DNA of 64,000 nt from Escherichia phage vB_Eco_Solly, in the sequence record OY720021; one strand, written 5' to 3'. A program made the position numbers and the translations under genes. Numbering within the stretch: the first letter of the stretch is position 1; every line of letters begins with the position of its first letter. The notes beneath the pieces were generated by a model. The model was not told the DNA's origin. It saw only the letters and a list, made by a program, of their open reading frames with translations, and did no database searches. Shown piece by piece: positions 9,797-20,651 of this stretch.

Positions 9797-9808
9797 TATT
9801 TATAAATA
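9797..9808. promoter_or_regulatory. Overlapping divergent late promoters for genes 26 and 51
   Basis: TATTTATAAATA reads TATAAATA on both strands (9797..9804 minus, 9801..9808 plus). Confidence 0.7.
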
Positions 9809-9825
9809 GAATAAAAGGAGCATCT

Positions 9826-10575
9826 ATGGCAAACATTATTCGTTGTAAATTACCAGATGGTGTTCATCGTTTTAAACCATTTACGGTAGAAGATTATCGA
9901 GATTTTTTGTTAGTTCGAAACGATATAGAACATCGGTCACCACAAGAACAAAAAGAAATAATTGCTGATTTAATTGCCGATTATTTTGGAGACTATCCGA
10001 AGACTTGGCAACCATTTATATTTTTGCAGGTATTTGTAGGGTCAATAGGTAAAACAAAAGTACCAGTCACATTCGTATGTCCAAAATGTAAAAAAGAAAA
10101 GACAGTTCCATTTGAAATATACCAAAAAGAATTAAAGGAACCTGTTTTTGATGTAGCTAATGTTAAAATTAAATTAAAGTTTCCTTCTGAGTTTTATGAA
10201 AATAAAGCAAAGATGATTACTGAAAATATTCATTCTGTTCAAGTAGATGAAATTTGGTATGATTGGAAGGAAATTAGCGAGTCTAGTCAAATAGAACTCG
10301 TTGACGCCATCGAGATAGAAACATTAGAACAAATTCTCGATGCAATGAATCCTATTAATTTAACTCTACATATGTCATGCTGTAATAAGTACATTAAAAA
10401 ATACACTGATATAGTAGACGTGTTTAAGCTATTAGTTAACCCAGATGAGATATTTACTTTTTATCAAATTAATCACACACTCGTAAAAAGTAATTATAGC
10501 TTAAATTCAATAATGAAAATGATTCCTGCTGAGCGCGGATTCGTATTAAAACTGATTGAGAAGGATAAACAATAA
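9826..10575 (+). CDS. 51: Baseplate hub assembly protein gp51
   Basis: 249 aa; late promoter TATAAATA 9801..9808 and SD GGAG. Confidence 0.8.
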   Translation: MANIIRCKLPDGVHRFKPFTVEDYRDFLLVRNDIEHRSPQEQKEIIADLIADYFGDYPKTWQPFIFLQVFVGSIGKTKVPVTFVCPKCKKEKTVPFEIYQKELKEPVFDVANVKIKLKFPSEFYENKAKMITENIHSVQVDEIWYDWKEISESSQIELVDAIEIETLEQILDAMNPINLTLHMSCCNKYIKKYTDIVDVFKLLVNPDEIFTFYQINHTLVKSNYSLNSIMKMIPAERGFVLKLIEKDKQ

Positions 10576-11750
10576 TGAGTATGTTGCAACGCCCCGGATA
10601 TCCAAATCTCAGCGTTAAATTATTTGATAGCTACGACGCTTGGAGTAATAATAGATTTGTTGAATTAGCTGCTACTATTACCACATTAACTATGCGGGAT
10701 TCTCTTTATGGACGAAATGAAGGAATGCTGCAGTTTTATGATTCTAAAAATATCCACACAAAAATGGATGGAAATGAAATAATTCAAATTTCTGTAGCTA
10801 ATGCAAACGATATTAATAATGTTAAAACACGAATTTATGGATGCAAGCATTTTTCCGTGTCAGTAGATTCAAAAGGTGATAACATCATTGCTATTGAATT
10901 GGGAACTATTCATTCTATAGAAAATCTTAAATTTGGTAGACCATTTTTCCCTGATGCAGGTGAATCTATAAAAGAAATGCTTGGTGTCATTTATCAGGAT
11001 CGCACATTATTAACTCCAGCAATAAATGCTATAAATGCTTATGTTCCTGATATTCCATGGACTAGCACATTTGAAAACTATTTGTCATATGTAAGAGAAG
11101 TTGCTCTAGCTGTAGGAAGCGACAAATTTGTATTTGTATGGCAAGACATCATGGGAGTTAACATGATGGACTATGATATGATGATAAATCAAGAACCATA
11201 TCCAATGATTGTCGGTGAGCCATCTTTAATAGGTCAATTTGTCCAAGAATTAAAATATCCATTAGCATATGATTTCGTTTGGTTGACTAAATCGAATCCT
11301 CACAAACGCGACCCAATGAAAAATGCTACTATCTATGCTCATTCATTTTTAGATTCTTCACTGCCAATGATTACTACAGGAAAGGGTGAAAACTCTATTG
11401 TAGTGTCAAGGTCAGGTGCTTATTCTGAAATGACTTATAGGAATGGCTATGAAGAAGCTATTCGTCTTCAAACTATGGCGCAATACGATGGCTATGCTAA
11501 ATGTTCTACTGTCGGTAATTTTAACTTGACTCCTGGCGTTAAAATTATTTTTAATGATAGTAAAAACCAATTTAAAACAGAATTTTACGTTGATGAAGTT
11601 ATCCATGAATTATCCAATAATAATTCAGTAACTCATCTATATATGTTCACTAATGCAACGAAACTGGAAACAATAGACCCAGTTAAGGTTAAAAATGAAT
11701 TTAAATCTGATACTACCACTGAAGAAAGTAGTTCTTCCAATAAGCAATAA
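10575..11750 (+). CDS. 27: Baseplate hub protein gp27
   Basis: 391 aa; start overlaps gene 51 stop. Confidence 0.8.
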   Translation: MSMLQRPGYPNLSVKLFDSYDAWSNNRFVELAATITTLTMRDSLYGRNEGMLQFYDSKNIHTKMDGNEIIQISVANANDINNVKTRIYGCKHFSVSVDSKGDNIIAIELGTIHSIENLKFGRPFFPDAGESIKEMLGVIYQDRTLLTPAINAINAYVPDIPWTSTFENYLSYVREVALAVGSDKFVFVWQDIMGVNMMDYDMMINQEPYPMIVGEPSLIGQFVQELKYPLAYDFVWLTKSNPHKRDPMKNATIYAHSFLDSSLPMITTGKGENSIVVSRSGAYSEMTYRNGYEEAIRLQTMAQYDGYAKCSTVGNFNLTPGVKIIFNDSKNQFKTEFYVDEVIHELSNNNSVTHLYMFTNATKLETIDPVKVKNEFKSDTTTEESSSSNKQ

Positions 11751-12228
11751 AGAAGTTTCTATTCCTAAAATGGGTCTTAAACACTATAACATTTTAAAAG
11801 ATGTTAAAGGTCCTGATGAAAATTTAAAACTTCTTATTGATTCTATTTGTCCGAATTTATCACCGGCAGAAGTTGATTTCGTTTCTATTCATCTATTGGA
11901 ATTTAATGGAAAGATTAAATCTCGTAAAGAAATAGATGGTTATACTTATGACATTAATGATGTTTATGTATGCCAAAGATTGGAATTTCAATACCAAGGA
12001 AATACATTTTATTTTAGACCTCCTGGAAAATTTGAACAATTTTTAACTGTAAGCGATATGTTATCCAAATGCTTGCTTAAGGTCAATGATGAAGTTAAAG
12101 AAATTAATTTTCTTGAGATGCCAGCATTCGTTTTAAAATGGGCAAATGATATTTTTACAACTTTAGCAATTCCTGGCCCTAATGGTCCAATAACCGGAAT
12201 TGGCAATATTATTGGATTATTTGAATGA
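11695..12228 (+). CDS. 28: Baseplate hub distal protein gp28
   Basis: 177 aa; overlaps the 3' end of gene 27 out of frame. Confidence 0.7.
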   Translation: MNLNLILPLKKVVLPISNKEVSIPKMGLKHYNILKDVKGPDENLKLLIDSICPNLSPAEVDFVSIHLLEFNGKIKSRKEIDGYTYDINDVYVCQRLEFQYQGNTFYFRPPGKFEQFLTVSDMLSKCLLKVNDEVKEINFLEMPAFVLKWANDIFTTLAIPGPNGPITGIGNIIGLFE

Positions 12229-13997
12229 AAAAGCCACAAGAAATGCAAACGATGCGTAGAAAAGTTATTTCAGATAATAAACCAACACAGGAAGCGGCTA
12301 AATCCGCTTCCAACACTTTATCTGGACTTAACGATATATCTACGAAATTGGATGATGCTCAAGCTGCCTCTGAATTAATAGCTCAAACTGTCGAAGAAAA
12401 ATCGAATGAAATAGTTGGAGCAATTGACAACGTAGAAAGCGCAGTGAGTGATACTACCGCAGGTTCTGAGTTAATTGCCGAAACTGTTGAAATTGGCAAT
12501 AATATCAATAAAGAAATAGGCGAATCACTCGGAAGCAAATTAGATAAATTAACGAGTTTATTAGAACAAAAAATTCAGACAGCTGGAATTCAACAGACTG
12601 GAACGAGTTTAGCAGTAGTCGAAAATGCTATTCCTGTTAAAGTTGTTGAGGATGATACAGCTGAATCTGTGGGTCCTTTATTACCGGCCCCTGAAGCAGT
12701 TAATAATGATCCTGACGCTGATTTTTTCCCTACCCCTCAGCCAGTTGAACCCAAACAAGAATCGCCAGAAGAAAAACAGAAAAAAGAAGCATTTAACTTA
12801 AAATTATCTCAAGCTTTAGATAAATTAACGAAGACTGTTGATTTTGGATTTAAAAAATCCATTTCAATTACTGATAAAATATCAAGCATGCTATTTAAGT
12901 ACACCGTCAGTGCTGCTATTGAAGCTGCTAAAATGACTGCAATGATATTGGCTGTTGTTGTTGGAATAGACCTGTTGATGGTTCATTTTAAATACTGGTC
13001 AGATAAATTTTCAAAAGCCTGGGATTTATATAGTGGCAACTTTACTAAATTCTCTAGCGAAACTGGAACATGGGGTCCTTTATTACAGAGCATCTTTGAT
13101 TCTATTGATAAAATTAAACAACTTTGGGAAGCGGGAGATTGGGGTGGATTGACAACAGCTATTGTTGAAGGGCTCGGAAGTGTTCTTTTTAATTTAGGAG
13201 AGCTTATTCAATTAGGTATGGCTAAATTATCTGCAGCAATTCTTCGAGTCATTCCTGGCATGAAGGATACTGCTGATGAAGTAGAAGGAAGAGCACTGGA
13301 AAATTTCCAAAATACTACTGGAGCATCTCTCAATAAAGAAGACCAGGAAAAAGTTGCAAATTATCAAGATAAACGAATGAACGGAGACCTTGGTCCGATA
13401 GCAAAAGGATTAGATAAAATTGCTAATTGGAAAACTCGTGCATCTAATTGGATTCGTGGGGTTGATAATAAAGAAGCACTAACTACCGACGAAGAACGTG
13501 CAGCAGAAGAAGAAAAATTAAAGCAACTTTTACCTGAAGAAAGAAAAAATGCTTTAATGAAGGCTAATGAAGCCCGTGCCGCAATGATTCGCTTTGAAAA
13601 ATATGCTGATTCAGCTGATATGAGTAAAGACTCAACGGTTAAATCTGTTGAATCTGCCTATGAAGACCTTAAAAAACGGATGGATGACCAGGATTTAAAT
13701 AATTCACCGGCAGTTAAAAAAGAACTTGCTGCTAGATTTTCTAAAATTGATGCTACTTATCAAGAGCTCAAGAAAAATCAGCCTAATGCCAAACCTGAAA
13801 CTTCTGCTAAATCGCCAGAAGCAAAACAAGTCCAGGTAATAGAAAAGAACAAAGCACAGCAAGCTCCTGTTCAACAAGCATCTCCTTCAATCAACAATAC
13901 TAATAATGTTATTAAGAAAAATACTGTCGTTCATAATATGACACCTGTCACAAGCACAACTGCTCCTGGTGTATTTGATGCGACTGGGGTTAATTAA
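12225..13997 (+). CDS. 29: Tail tape-measure / baseplate hub protein gp29
   Basis: 590 aa; long Ala/Glu/Lys-rich helical regions; position. Confidence 0.8.
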   Translation: MKKPQEMQTMRRKVISDNKPTQEAAKSASNTLSGLNDISTKLDDAQAASELIAQTVEEKSNEIVGAIDNVESAVSDTTAGSELIAETVEIGNNINKEIGESLGSKLDKLTSLLEQKIQTAGIQQTGTSLAVVENAIPVKVVEDDTAESVGPLLPAPEAVNNDPDADFFPTPQPVEPKQESPEEKQKKEAFNLKLSQALDKLTKTVDFGFKKSISITDKISSMLFKYTVSAAIEAAKMTAMILAVVVGIDLLMVHFKYWSDKFSKAWDLYSGNFTKFSSETGTWGPLLQSIFDSIDKIKQLWEAGDWGGLTTAIVEGLGSVLFNLGELIQLGMAKLSAAILRVIPGMKDTADEVEGRALENFQNTTGASLNKEDQEKVANYQDKRMNGDLGPIAKGLDKIANWKTRASNWIRGVDNKEALTTDEERAAEEEKLKQLLPEERKNALMKANEARAAMIRFEKYADSADMSKDSTVKSVESAYEDLKKRMDDQDLNNSPAVKKELAARFSKIDATYQELKKNQPNAKPETSAKSPEAKQVQVIEKNKAQQAPVQQASPSINNTNNVIKKNTVVHNMTPVTSTTAPGVFDATGVN

Positions 13998-14005
13998 GGA
14001 ATAAT

Positions 14006-15100
14006 ATGGCAATTGTTAAAGAAATAACTGCTGATTTAATTAAAAAGTCCGGTGAGAAAATTTCAGCCGGACAGAGTACTAAATCAGAAGTAGGAACTAA
14101 AACATACACAGCCCAGTTTCCAACTGGGCGTGCTAGTGGTAATGACACTACAGGGGACTTCCAGGTAACAGATCTATATAAGAATGGATTATTATTTACT
14201 GCATACAATATGTCATCTAGGGATTCTGGAAGTCTTAGATCGATGAGATCTAACTACTCTTCTTCATCTTCGAGTATTTTACGTACAGCCAGAAACACTA
14301 TCAGTAATACAGTATCAAAACTGTCAAATGGATTAATATCAGATAATAATTCAGGAACAATAAGTAAAGCCCCTGTTGCAAATATTCTTTTACCAAGATC
14401 TAAATCCGATGTTGATACATCATCACATAGATTTAATGATGTTCAAGAAAGTCTTATCAGCAGAGGCGGAGGTACTGCTACTGGTGTGCTAAGTAATATT
14501 GCTTCAACTGCAGTATTTGGAGCACTGGAAAGTATAACACAAGGTATAATGGCTGATAATAATGAACAAATATACACTACGGCTCGAAGTATGTATGGTG
14601 GTGCTGAAAATAGAACTAAAGTGTTTACATGGGATTTGACTCCACGTTCAACAGAAGATTTAATGGCTATTATTAATATCTATCAATATTTTAACTATTT
14701 TTCTTATGGTGAAACTGGTAAATCTCAATATGCTGCTGAAATAAAGGGGTATTTAGATGATTGGTATCGTTCTACGTTAATTGAACCTTTATCTCCGGAA
14801 GACGCAGCTAAAAATAAAACACTATTTGAGAAAATGACATCGAGTTTAACTAACGTTCTAGTAGTTTCAAACCCGACAATTTGGATGGTGAAAAACTTTG
14901 GTGCAACATCTAAGTTTGATGGAAAAACGGAAATATTTGGCCCATGCCAAATACAAAGCATCAGATTTGATAAAACACCTAATGGTAACTTTAACGGATT
15001 AGCTATTGCTCCAAACCTCCCTAGTACATTTACTCTTGAGATTACTATGAGAGAAATTATCACGTTAAACCGTGCTTCTTTATATGCGGGGACTTTTTAA
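14006..15100 (+). CDS. 48: Baseplate tail-tube cap protein gp48
   Basis: 364 aa; synteny. Confidence 0.8.
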   Translation: MAIVKEITADLIKKSGEKISAGQSTKSEVGTKTYTAQFPTGRASGNDTTGDFQVTDLYKNGLLFTAYNMSSRDSGSLRSMRSNYSSSSSSILRTARNTISNTVSKLSNGLISDNNSGTISKAPVANILLPRSKSDVDTSSHRFNDVQESLISRGGGTATGVLSNIASTAVFGALESITQGIMADNNEQIYTTARSMYGGAENRTKVFTWDLTPRSTEDLMAIINIYQYFNYFSYGETGKSQYAAEIKGYLDDWYRSTLIEPLSPEDAAKNKTLFEKMTSSLTNVLVVSNPTIWMVKNFGATSKFDGKTEIFGPCQIQSIRFDKTPNGNFNGLAIAPNLPSTFTLEITMREIITLNRASLYAGTF

Positions 15101-16065
15101 TGTATTCTTTAGAGGAATTTAATAATCAAGCAATAAACGCAGATTTCCAACGTAATAATATGTTTAGCTGCGTTTTTGCGACAACTCCATCAACTAAAAG
15201 CTCTTCGTTGATAAGTTCAATTAGCAACTTTTCTTATAATAACTTGGGCCTAAATTCAGATTGGTTAGGATTGACTCAAGGTGATATTAATCAGGGAATT
15301 ACCACGCTAATTACTGCTGGCACACAAAAACTGATAAGAAAATCAGGGGTTAGTAAATATCTTATTGGTGCCATGAGTCAACGTACAGTTCAAAGTTTAT
15401 TAGGCTCATTTACAGTTGGTACATATTTAATTGACTTCTTTAACATGGCATATAACTCATCTGGATTGATGATATACTCTGTAAAAATGCCAGAGAATAG
15501 ATTATCCTATGAAACTGACTGGAACTATAATTCTCCTAATATTCGTATAACTGGGAGAGAATTAGACCCTTTGGTTATTTCATTTAGAATGGATTCAGAA
15601 GCTTGTAACTATCGTGCAATGCAAGACTGGGTTAACTCCGTTCAAGACCCAGTAACTGGACTGCGTGCTTTGCCACAGGATGTCGAGGCAGATATTCAGG
15701 TTAATCTTCATTCTCGTAATGGATTGCCTCATACTGCGGTGATGTTCACTGGATGCATTCCAATATCAGTGAGCGCTCCTGAGTTATCATATGATGGAGA
15801 TAACCAAATAACTACATTTGACGTTACTTTTGCGTATAGAGTGATGCAGGCTGGAGCAGTTGATAGGCAAGCTGCGCTTGAATGGCTTGAATCTGCTGCT
15901 ATAAATGGTATTCAAAGCGTTCTCGGAAATAGTGGAGGTGTTACTGGACTATCTAATTCGCTTTCACGACTCAGTAGATTAGGGGGAACTGCAGGAAGCA
16001 TTTCAAACATTAATACTATGACAGGAATTGTCAATTCGCAAAGTAAAATATTAGGAGCAATATAA
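15100..16065 (+). CDS. 54: Baseplate tail-tube initiator gp54
   Basis: 321 aa; start overlaps gene 48 stop; followed by hairpin terminator. Confidence 0.8.
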   Translation: MYSLEEFNNQAINADFQRNNMFSCVFATTPSTKSSSLISSISNFSYNNLGLNSDWLGLTQGDINQGITTLITAGTQKLIRKSGVSKYLIGAMSQRTVQSLLGSFTVGTYLIDFFNMAYNSSGLMIYSVKMPENRLSYETDWNYNSPNIRITGRELDPLVISFRMDSEACNYRAMQDWVNSVQDPVTGLRALPQDVEADIQVNLHSRNGLPHTAVMFTGCIPISVSAPELSYDGDNQITTFDVTFAYRVMQAGAVDRQAALEWLESAAINGIQSVLGNSGGVTGLSNSLSRLSRLGGTAGSISNINTMTGIVNSQSKILGAI

Positions 16066-16067
16066 CA

Positions 16068-16097
16068 ATGGGGACCTTTCGGTCCCCATATTTTTAT
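16068..16097 (+). terminator. Intrinsic terminator after gene 54
   Basis: ATGGGGACC-TTTC-GGTCCCCAT followed by ATTTTTATTT. Confidence 0.7.
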
Positions 16098-16384
16098 TTA
16101 CGGAATGAAATAAAAGCAGCAACTGAAGCAACTAAACTGTCTTCAATATAAACCTCAATTTTTACCGGAGCTTCTGACTCAAATTTACCTGTTACTACAC
16201 CTTGGAAAATACTTTCAGTCTGTTCTGGCTTTGAAAAATTTTCAGAAGGAAAAATTCCGAACTTTTTATCTGTTCCAAAAATTTTGATAAATTCATCGTA
16301 AACTGCTTCATTAAAAGCATTATCAGCAGGAATAACGCCTTCAACTACAAGTTCTTGACCCAAAAAGCGCAAAGAAGATTTCAT
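16094..16384 (-). CDS. Hypothetical protein downstream of alt
   Basis: 96 aa; early promoter and SD GAGGAAC upstream. Confidence 0.5.
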   Translation of the reverse strand: MKSSLRFLGQELVVEGVIPADNAFNEAVYDEFIKIFGTDKKFGIFPSENFSKPEQTESIFQGVVTGKFESEAPVKIEVYIEDSLVASVAAFISFRK

Positions 16385-16415
16385 TTTGTGTTCCTCATGT
16401 TATGTCAGTAAGACT

Positions 16416-16445
16416 ACTATAACACAACATGAGGGACTTGTAAAC
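16416..16445 (-). promoter_or_regulatory. Early promoter (GTTTAC -35, 18-nt spacer, TATAGT -10)
   Basis: Minus strand GTTTAC ... TATAGT; same cassette repeated at 31760..31789. Confidence 0.6.
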
Positions 16446-18502
16446 TACATTTTGAACTTTTTAGACATTCCGTTGATGTTAACCAAAGAAGCTAAGATTT
16501 GAGAAACTTCGTTTTCCTCTTCTTTTGATTCTTCTACAAGGAATTGATTAAATCCAGTCATTGGACGAACTTCACCAGTTTCCATCAAATGATCGCCATC
16601 ATATACTGATTCCTCTAATTGTTCAGAAGGAGGAACGATTGTACCTTCGATTAGATACTTGTTATAAGCAGTTTCTTTCATAAAGTAAGTACTTACTTTA
16701 TTAATCTTCAGTAAAATTCCACGTGGTAGAATAACTTCAGCTTCTGATGGAAATCCTGATAAATGACCTGGAACGATAACTTTGATTCGCTCAGCTCCTT
16801 TAATTACCATACCCACGCTAGTTTCAGCATCTTCATTAGCATATGTAGAATGACTACCCATATGCATCAAATCTTCTGCATCAATGGAACCTTCTCCTTC
16901 ACCAGAAAATACTGCGCCAGAATCATCTAGAGCCATATAGTTTTTACCATGCTCACCGAAGATATTTGGTTTAAGCGATGTGGATACGAAGTTCTTGAAA
17001 TAGAACATTTTATTTTCAATGTTATGACGCAAAGTTTTAAAGGTAACTTCTTGCCCACGATAAAGAGTAGTTCCTGGAGGAAGAACTGAACCTTTAGCAA
17101 ATGCAGAATCCAACGTCTCGATGTGTTTAATAGCTCGTTCCATATATTCTTCACGGGTAGAATCAGGTTTACCTAAAAGGAACGAGTTCATTTCAACATA
17201 TGAATCTGCACAATAATCTTCAATTACATCAGACTCAGCCTGAGTTAATCCTTTTGGAGTTACTTCAGTGCTTGCGTATTCATATGCCTGAGCGGCAGAT
17301 TCATTAATCAATTTATAAATGCCATTCATGACAAATTGAATAATAGCTGTCTTTTCATCTGGTGTAGCTTTAGAACCTTTAACTAAATCATTGATAATTT
17401 TCTTAATAACATCAAAGCTATTAGAAATATTAATGTCAGCAAGATCGCTTAAAATTTTATCAGTTTTATAATCAAAGAATTCTTTATTCTTTAAATATTC
17501 TTGAGAACCTTGATATGTTATATCGCTCTGCAACTTGATAGATGGATCACGTAAACGTGCATGGGCTAATGCAATATGATTTCGGAAACTTTCTAGTTCA
17601 TAATCGTTAGATTTAAAACGAGAAGCACTTCTCATACCACCGATAGCTCCTTTGCTAAAGTTTGAACCAATCTGAATAACGCCAGAGTTCATCGGACCTT
17701 CTGCTTTATATACCGGAACTTTAGATTCAAACTCTTGATATTTCTTAGCAGCGAAGCTATCACCCTGAAGTGAAGCATCAACAGTAGAATATTGAGCTTG
17801 TGCTGCTAATCGACGACTAATTTTAGTTTTCTGAATAACAGCTTGATCCGTGCGCTTATCATTTTCTAAAGCAATAGAAGCAGCAACAGCGACAGCTTTA
17901 GGAACAGCATTACCTGTTTTAACGTCTACATAAACATCACCAACCTTTGATTCAACTTTTGTGAATAACTCAGTTGAAATAGGAGGTACACCTGGAATGT
18001 CTTCTAAATTGGCATTTTTACGGTAAACCATAATATATGCATATTTCTTATCATAGTCCCAGATTTCCTTTAAAAGAACATATCGACCTGCTCCTTTAGT
18101 ACGTACTAAACGGTCAGCAATAACTTGCATTTGACGAGCTGCGCCATTTGTTTTACTTTTTAGTACGCGGAATAGGCATGCGTCGATTTTATACTGTTTC
18201 ATTGTTTGAAGAGCAGTATCAAAAACAGCATTAATGACGCCAATTGGATTTCCACCCAAGTTTCTAAGCTTGACTAACGATAATTTCTCATTAACACCTA
18301 TCATTACGATATGCATCATTTTGTCGCCTGGCTTAACGTTTTTATTCGTATCACCGCCAGAGGTGTATGTACAAAATCTAAATCCAGGAAGCACGCTTTC
18401 TTCACCGGCTTGAATAGCAAAAATTTGTGGTATTTTATGCTTAGGATTTAAGTTAACAACCGGCGCCGAAGCGCCGTCAAATAATTCTGTAATAAGTTCC
18501 AT
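16445..18502 (-). CDS. alt: Alt-like mono-ADP-ribosyltransferase, paralog A (packaged head protein)
   Basis: 685 aa; N-terminus MELITELFD; C-terminal ART elements YRGQ, FVSTSL, SEAEVILPRG. Confidence 0.85.
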   Translation of the reverse strand: MELITELFDGASAPVVNLNPKHKIPQIFAIQAGEESVLPGFRFCTYTSGGDTNKNVKPGDKMMHIVMIGVNEKLSLVKLRNLGGNPIGVINAVFDTALQTMKQYKIDACLFRVLKSKTNGAARQMQVIADRLVRTKGAGRYVLLKEIWDYDKKYAYIMVYRKNANLEDIPGVPPISTELFTKVESKVGDVYVDVKTGNAVPKAVAVAASIALENDKRTDQAVIQKTKISRRLAAQAQYSTVDASLQGDSFAAKKYQEFESKVPVYKAEGPMNSGVIQIGSNFSKGAIGGMRSASRFKSNDYELESFRNHIALAHARLRDPSIKLQSDITYQGSQEYLKNKEFFDYKTDKILSDLADINISNSFDVIKKIINDLVKGSKATPDEKTAIIQFVMNGIYKLINESAAQAYEYASTEVTPKGLTQAESDVIEDYCADSYVEMNSFLLGKPDSTREEYMERAIKHIETLDSAFAKGSVLPPGTTLYRGQEVTFKTLRHNIENKMFYFKNFVSTSLKPNIFGEHGKNYMALDDSGAVFSGEGEGSIDAEDLMHMGSHSTYANEDAETSVGMVIKGAERIKVIVPGHLSGFPSEAEVILPRGILLKINKVSTYFMKETAYNKYLIEGTIVPPSEQLEESVYDGDHLMETGEVRPMTGFNQFLVEESKEEENEVSQILASLVNINGMSKKFKM

Positions 18503-18505
18503 GAT

Positions 18506-20599
18506 TTATCCTTGAACGAACTTGTAAGGCATGTTTGTAATATCTATGCAAGACGCAATAATTCCAAGAGATGATTCTACTTTCTGTTTAACGTTTGATG
18601 AAACAAATGATGCAAAGTCAACTCTGTCTTCTATTTCAATATCACCTGTCATTGCAACCAATTCACCAGTTTCCATTAAATGGTCTCCGTCATAGATTAC
18701 CGATTCAGTGAGCTCTTCCGTGGTCATAACTTCAGCTTGAATGAGTTTTGTATTATTAGATGTTGTTCCGTCATTATTAGAAGCATCAGTTATTTTATTA
18801 ACTTTGACCATCAATCCACGTGGTAGAATAACTTCAGCTTCTGTTGCTATTCCGAGACTTCCTGGATATACAACATTAACTTTATGAGCTCCATCAATTG
18901 CCCATCCTATTTGAACTTTAACGTATTCAGGATTTTCTTTATACGCTCTTATTTCGTTTGGATTAATAGTTATTCCTTCTTCATTTTTATCAACTGTTAA
19001 TTCGTTGCGAGCTTCTGGTTCTAAAAGACCAATACCAGCGTGTGTAATTCCAAAACGTCCAAAAATGATAGGAGTTAAAGAAGTAGATACAAAATTTCTA
19101 AAATAGAACACTTTATTTTTAACTAACGCTTCATATATAGGAGCAGTCATACTTTGAGCACGATAAACTGTAATGCCTTCTGGTATACGGTCACCATTTT
19201 CAAAAGCTGAATCTAAGTTATTTATAGCAGATTCAATTTCTTTTTCACTCATTACATCATATCGTTCTGGATTGTAACGACCTAAAAGAAGATTATTGAT
19301 GTCAGTATATCCTGAACCGCAATATTCTCTAATGCCACGCTTTTGTGATGGAGTATATTTAGAACCATCGCGGGCAATAGTAATATCAATCATTGGACCA
19401 GCACCAATTCCAGAAAAACTGTAAATCATTCGTTTGAGGAATTTAGTTTTTGCTGCGTTCCAGGAATTTTTAGTTATTTCTTCCCAGACTTCATCTGGTT
19501 GTCCTTTACGATTTTTATTATGATTAGCAAGCCATTTATCTTTATAATCTTCAAAGAATTGATTTACAGCTGCTGCGTATTTCTCTAAACATTTTATTGA
19601 AGTAGTTGGTTCATTTTTAATTGCATTAAAAATTACTTCTTTAATTTTTTCTGAAACTTCACCGACTTGACTCATTGGAAAGAATTTATAATCATAGTGA
19701 AGTTCATCTGCCGTTCCTTCAGCAATAATTTTTGCTGCCTTTGTTTTAGAAGCTAATGAATTAATTCCAATTTTCATTTCTTCTGCTTCGGGAATTAAAG
19801 GTGCAGTAGCTGGTTTATTAAAATTAGCTGCTGTAGATTCATACTTCTGGAATAATTCACTTTCAAATCTAGAAGATTCCAATGACTGACTTTGTGCAAT
19901 TGCTCTACGGGAAATTTTAACTTTAACGATTACGGCTTGGTCAGAACGTTTATCATTTTCTTGTGCAATTGATGCTGCAATTGCCTCATTTTTAGTTACT
20001 TGGGCTCCAGTATCTTTATTGATATAAACATCACCGACTTTCGATTCAACTTTAGTAAAGAGCTCGGTACTAATTTCCGGAACTCCTGGAATGTCTTCTA
20101 GTGATACATTTTTGCGATGTATAAGAATATATGCATACTTTTTATCGTAATCCCAGAGTTCCTTAAGAAGGACGTATCTACCACCTGAACGACTACGGAT
20201 AAGTCTATCAGCAATAACTTGAATTTGTCGAGCTTGACCGGCGGTTTTAGACTTAAGAATACGAAGCATACAAGCATCAATTTTATATTGACGCATTGTT
20301 TGCATTGCAACAGTAAAAACTGAATTGATATAATTAATTGGGCTTGGACCAAGACCTTTTAATTTAGCAATTGAACCTTTAGCAGTTAATGTAAAAGGAA
20401 CAATATGCATCATTTTATCGCCCATCTTTAAATCGCGATTAGTATCACCTCCAGATGTATAGGTACATAAACGAAAGCCTGGTTGTTCAATTGCATCATC
20501 AACATGAACTGAAAAAATTTGTGGTATTTTCTTCTTTGGATTTAAGTTTGTAATCGGAAGAGTAGTATCTTCGTCAAATAATTCTGTAATGAGTTCCAT
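18506..20599 (-). CDS. Alt-like mono-ADP-ribosyltransferase, paralog B
   Basis: About 697 aa from second ATG; N-terminal 200 aa near-identical to paralog A; C-terminal VYRAQ, FVSTSL, TEAEVILPRG; late promoter 20623..20630. Confidence 0.85.
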   Translation of the reverse strand: MELITELFDEDTTLPITNLNPKKKIPQIFSVHVDDAIEQPGFRLCTYTSGGDTNRDLKMGDKMMHIVPFTLTAKGSIAKLKGLGPSPINYINSVFTVAMQTMRQYKIDACMLRILKSKTAGQARQIQVIADRLIRSRSGGRYVLLKELWDYDKKYAYILIHRKNVSLEDIPGVPEISTELFTKVESKVGDVYINKDTGAQVTKNEAIAASIAQENDKRSDQAVIVKVKISRRAIAQSQSLESSRFESELFQKYESTAANFNKPATAPLIPEAEEMKIGINSLASKTKAAKIIAEGTADELHYDYKFFPMSQVGEVSEKIKEVIFNAIKNEPTTSIKCLEKYAAAVNQFFEDYKDKWLANHNKNRKGQPDEVWEEITKNSWNAAKTKFLKRMIYSFSGIGAGPMIDITIARDGSKYTPSQKRGIREYCGSGYTDINNLLLGRYNPERYDVMSEKEIESAINNLDSAFENGDRIPEGITVYRAQSMTAPIYEALVKNKVFYFRNFVSTSLTPIIFGRFGITHAGIGLLEPEARNELTVDKNEEGITINPNEIRAYKENPEYVKVQIGWAIDGAHKVNVVYPGSLGIATEAEVILPRGLMVKVNKITDASNNDGTTSNNTKLIQAEVMTTEELTESVIYDGDHLMETGELVAMTGDIEIEDRVDFASFVSSNVKQKVESSLGIIASCIDITNMPYKFVQG

Positions 20600-20622
20600 C
20601 ATATCCTCTCTAGTGTTTATTC

Positions 20623-20630
20623 TATTTATA
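20623..20630 (-). promoter_or_regulatory. Late promoter TATAAATA for the alt paralog operon
   Basis: Plus-strand TATTTATA 24 nt upstream of alt paralog B ATG. Confidence 0.6.
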
Positions 20631-20651
20631 AAATTAAAGGCCCGAAGGCCT

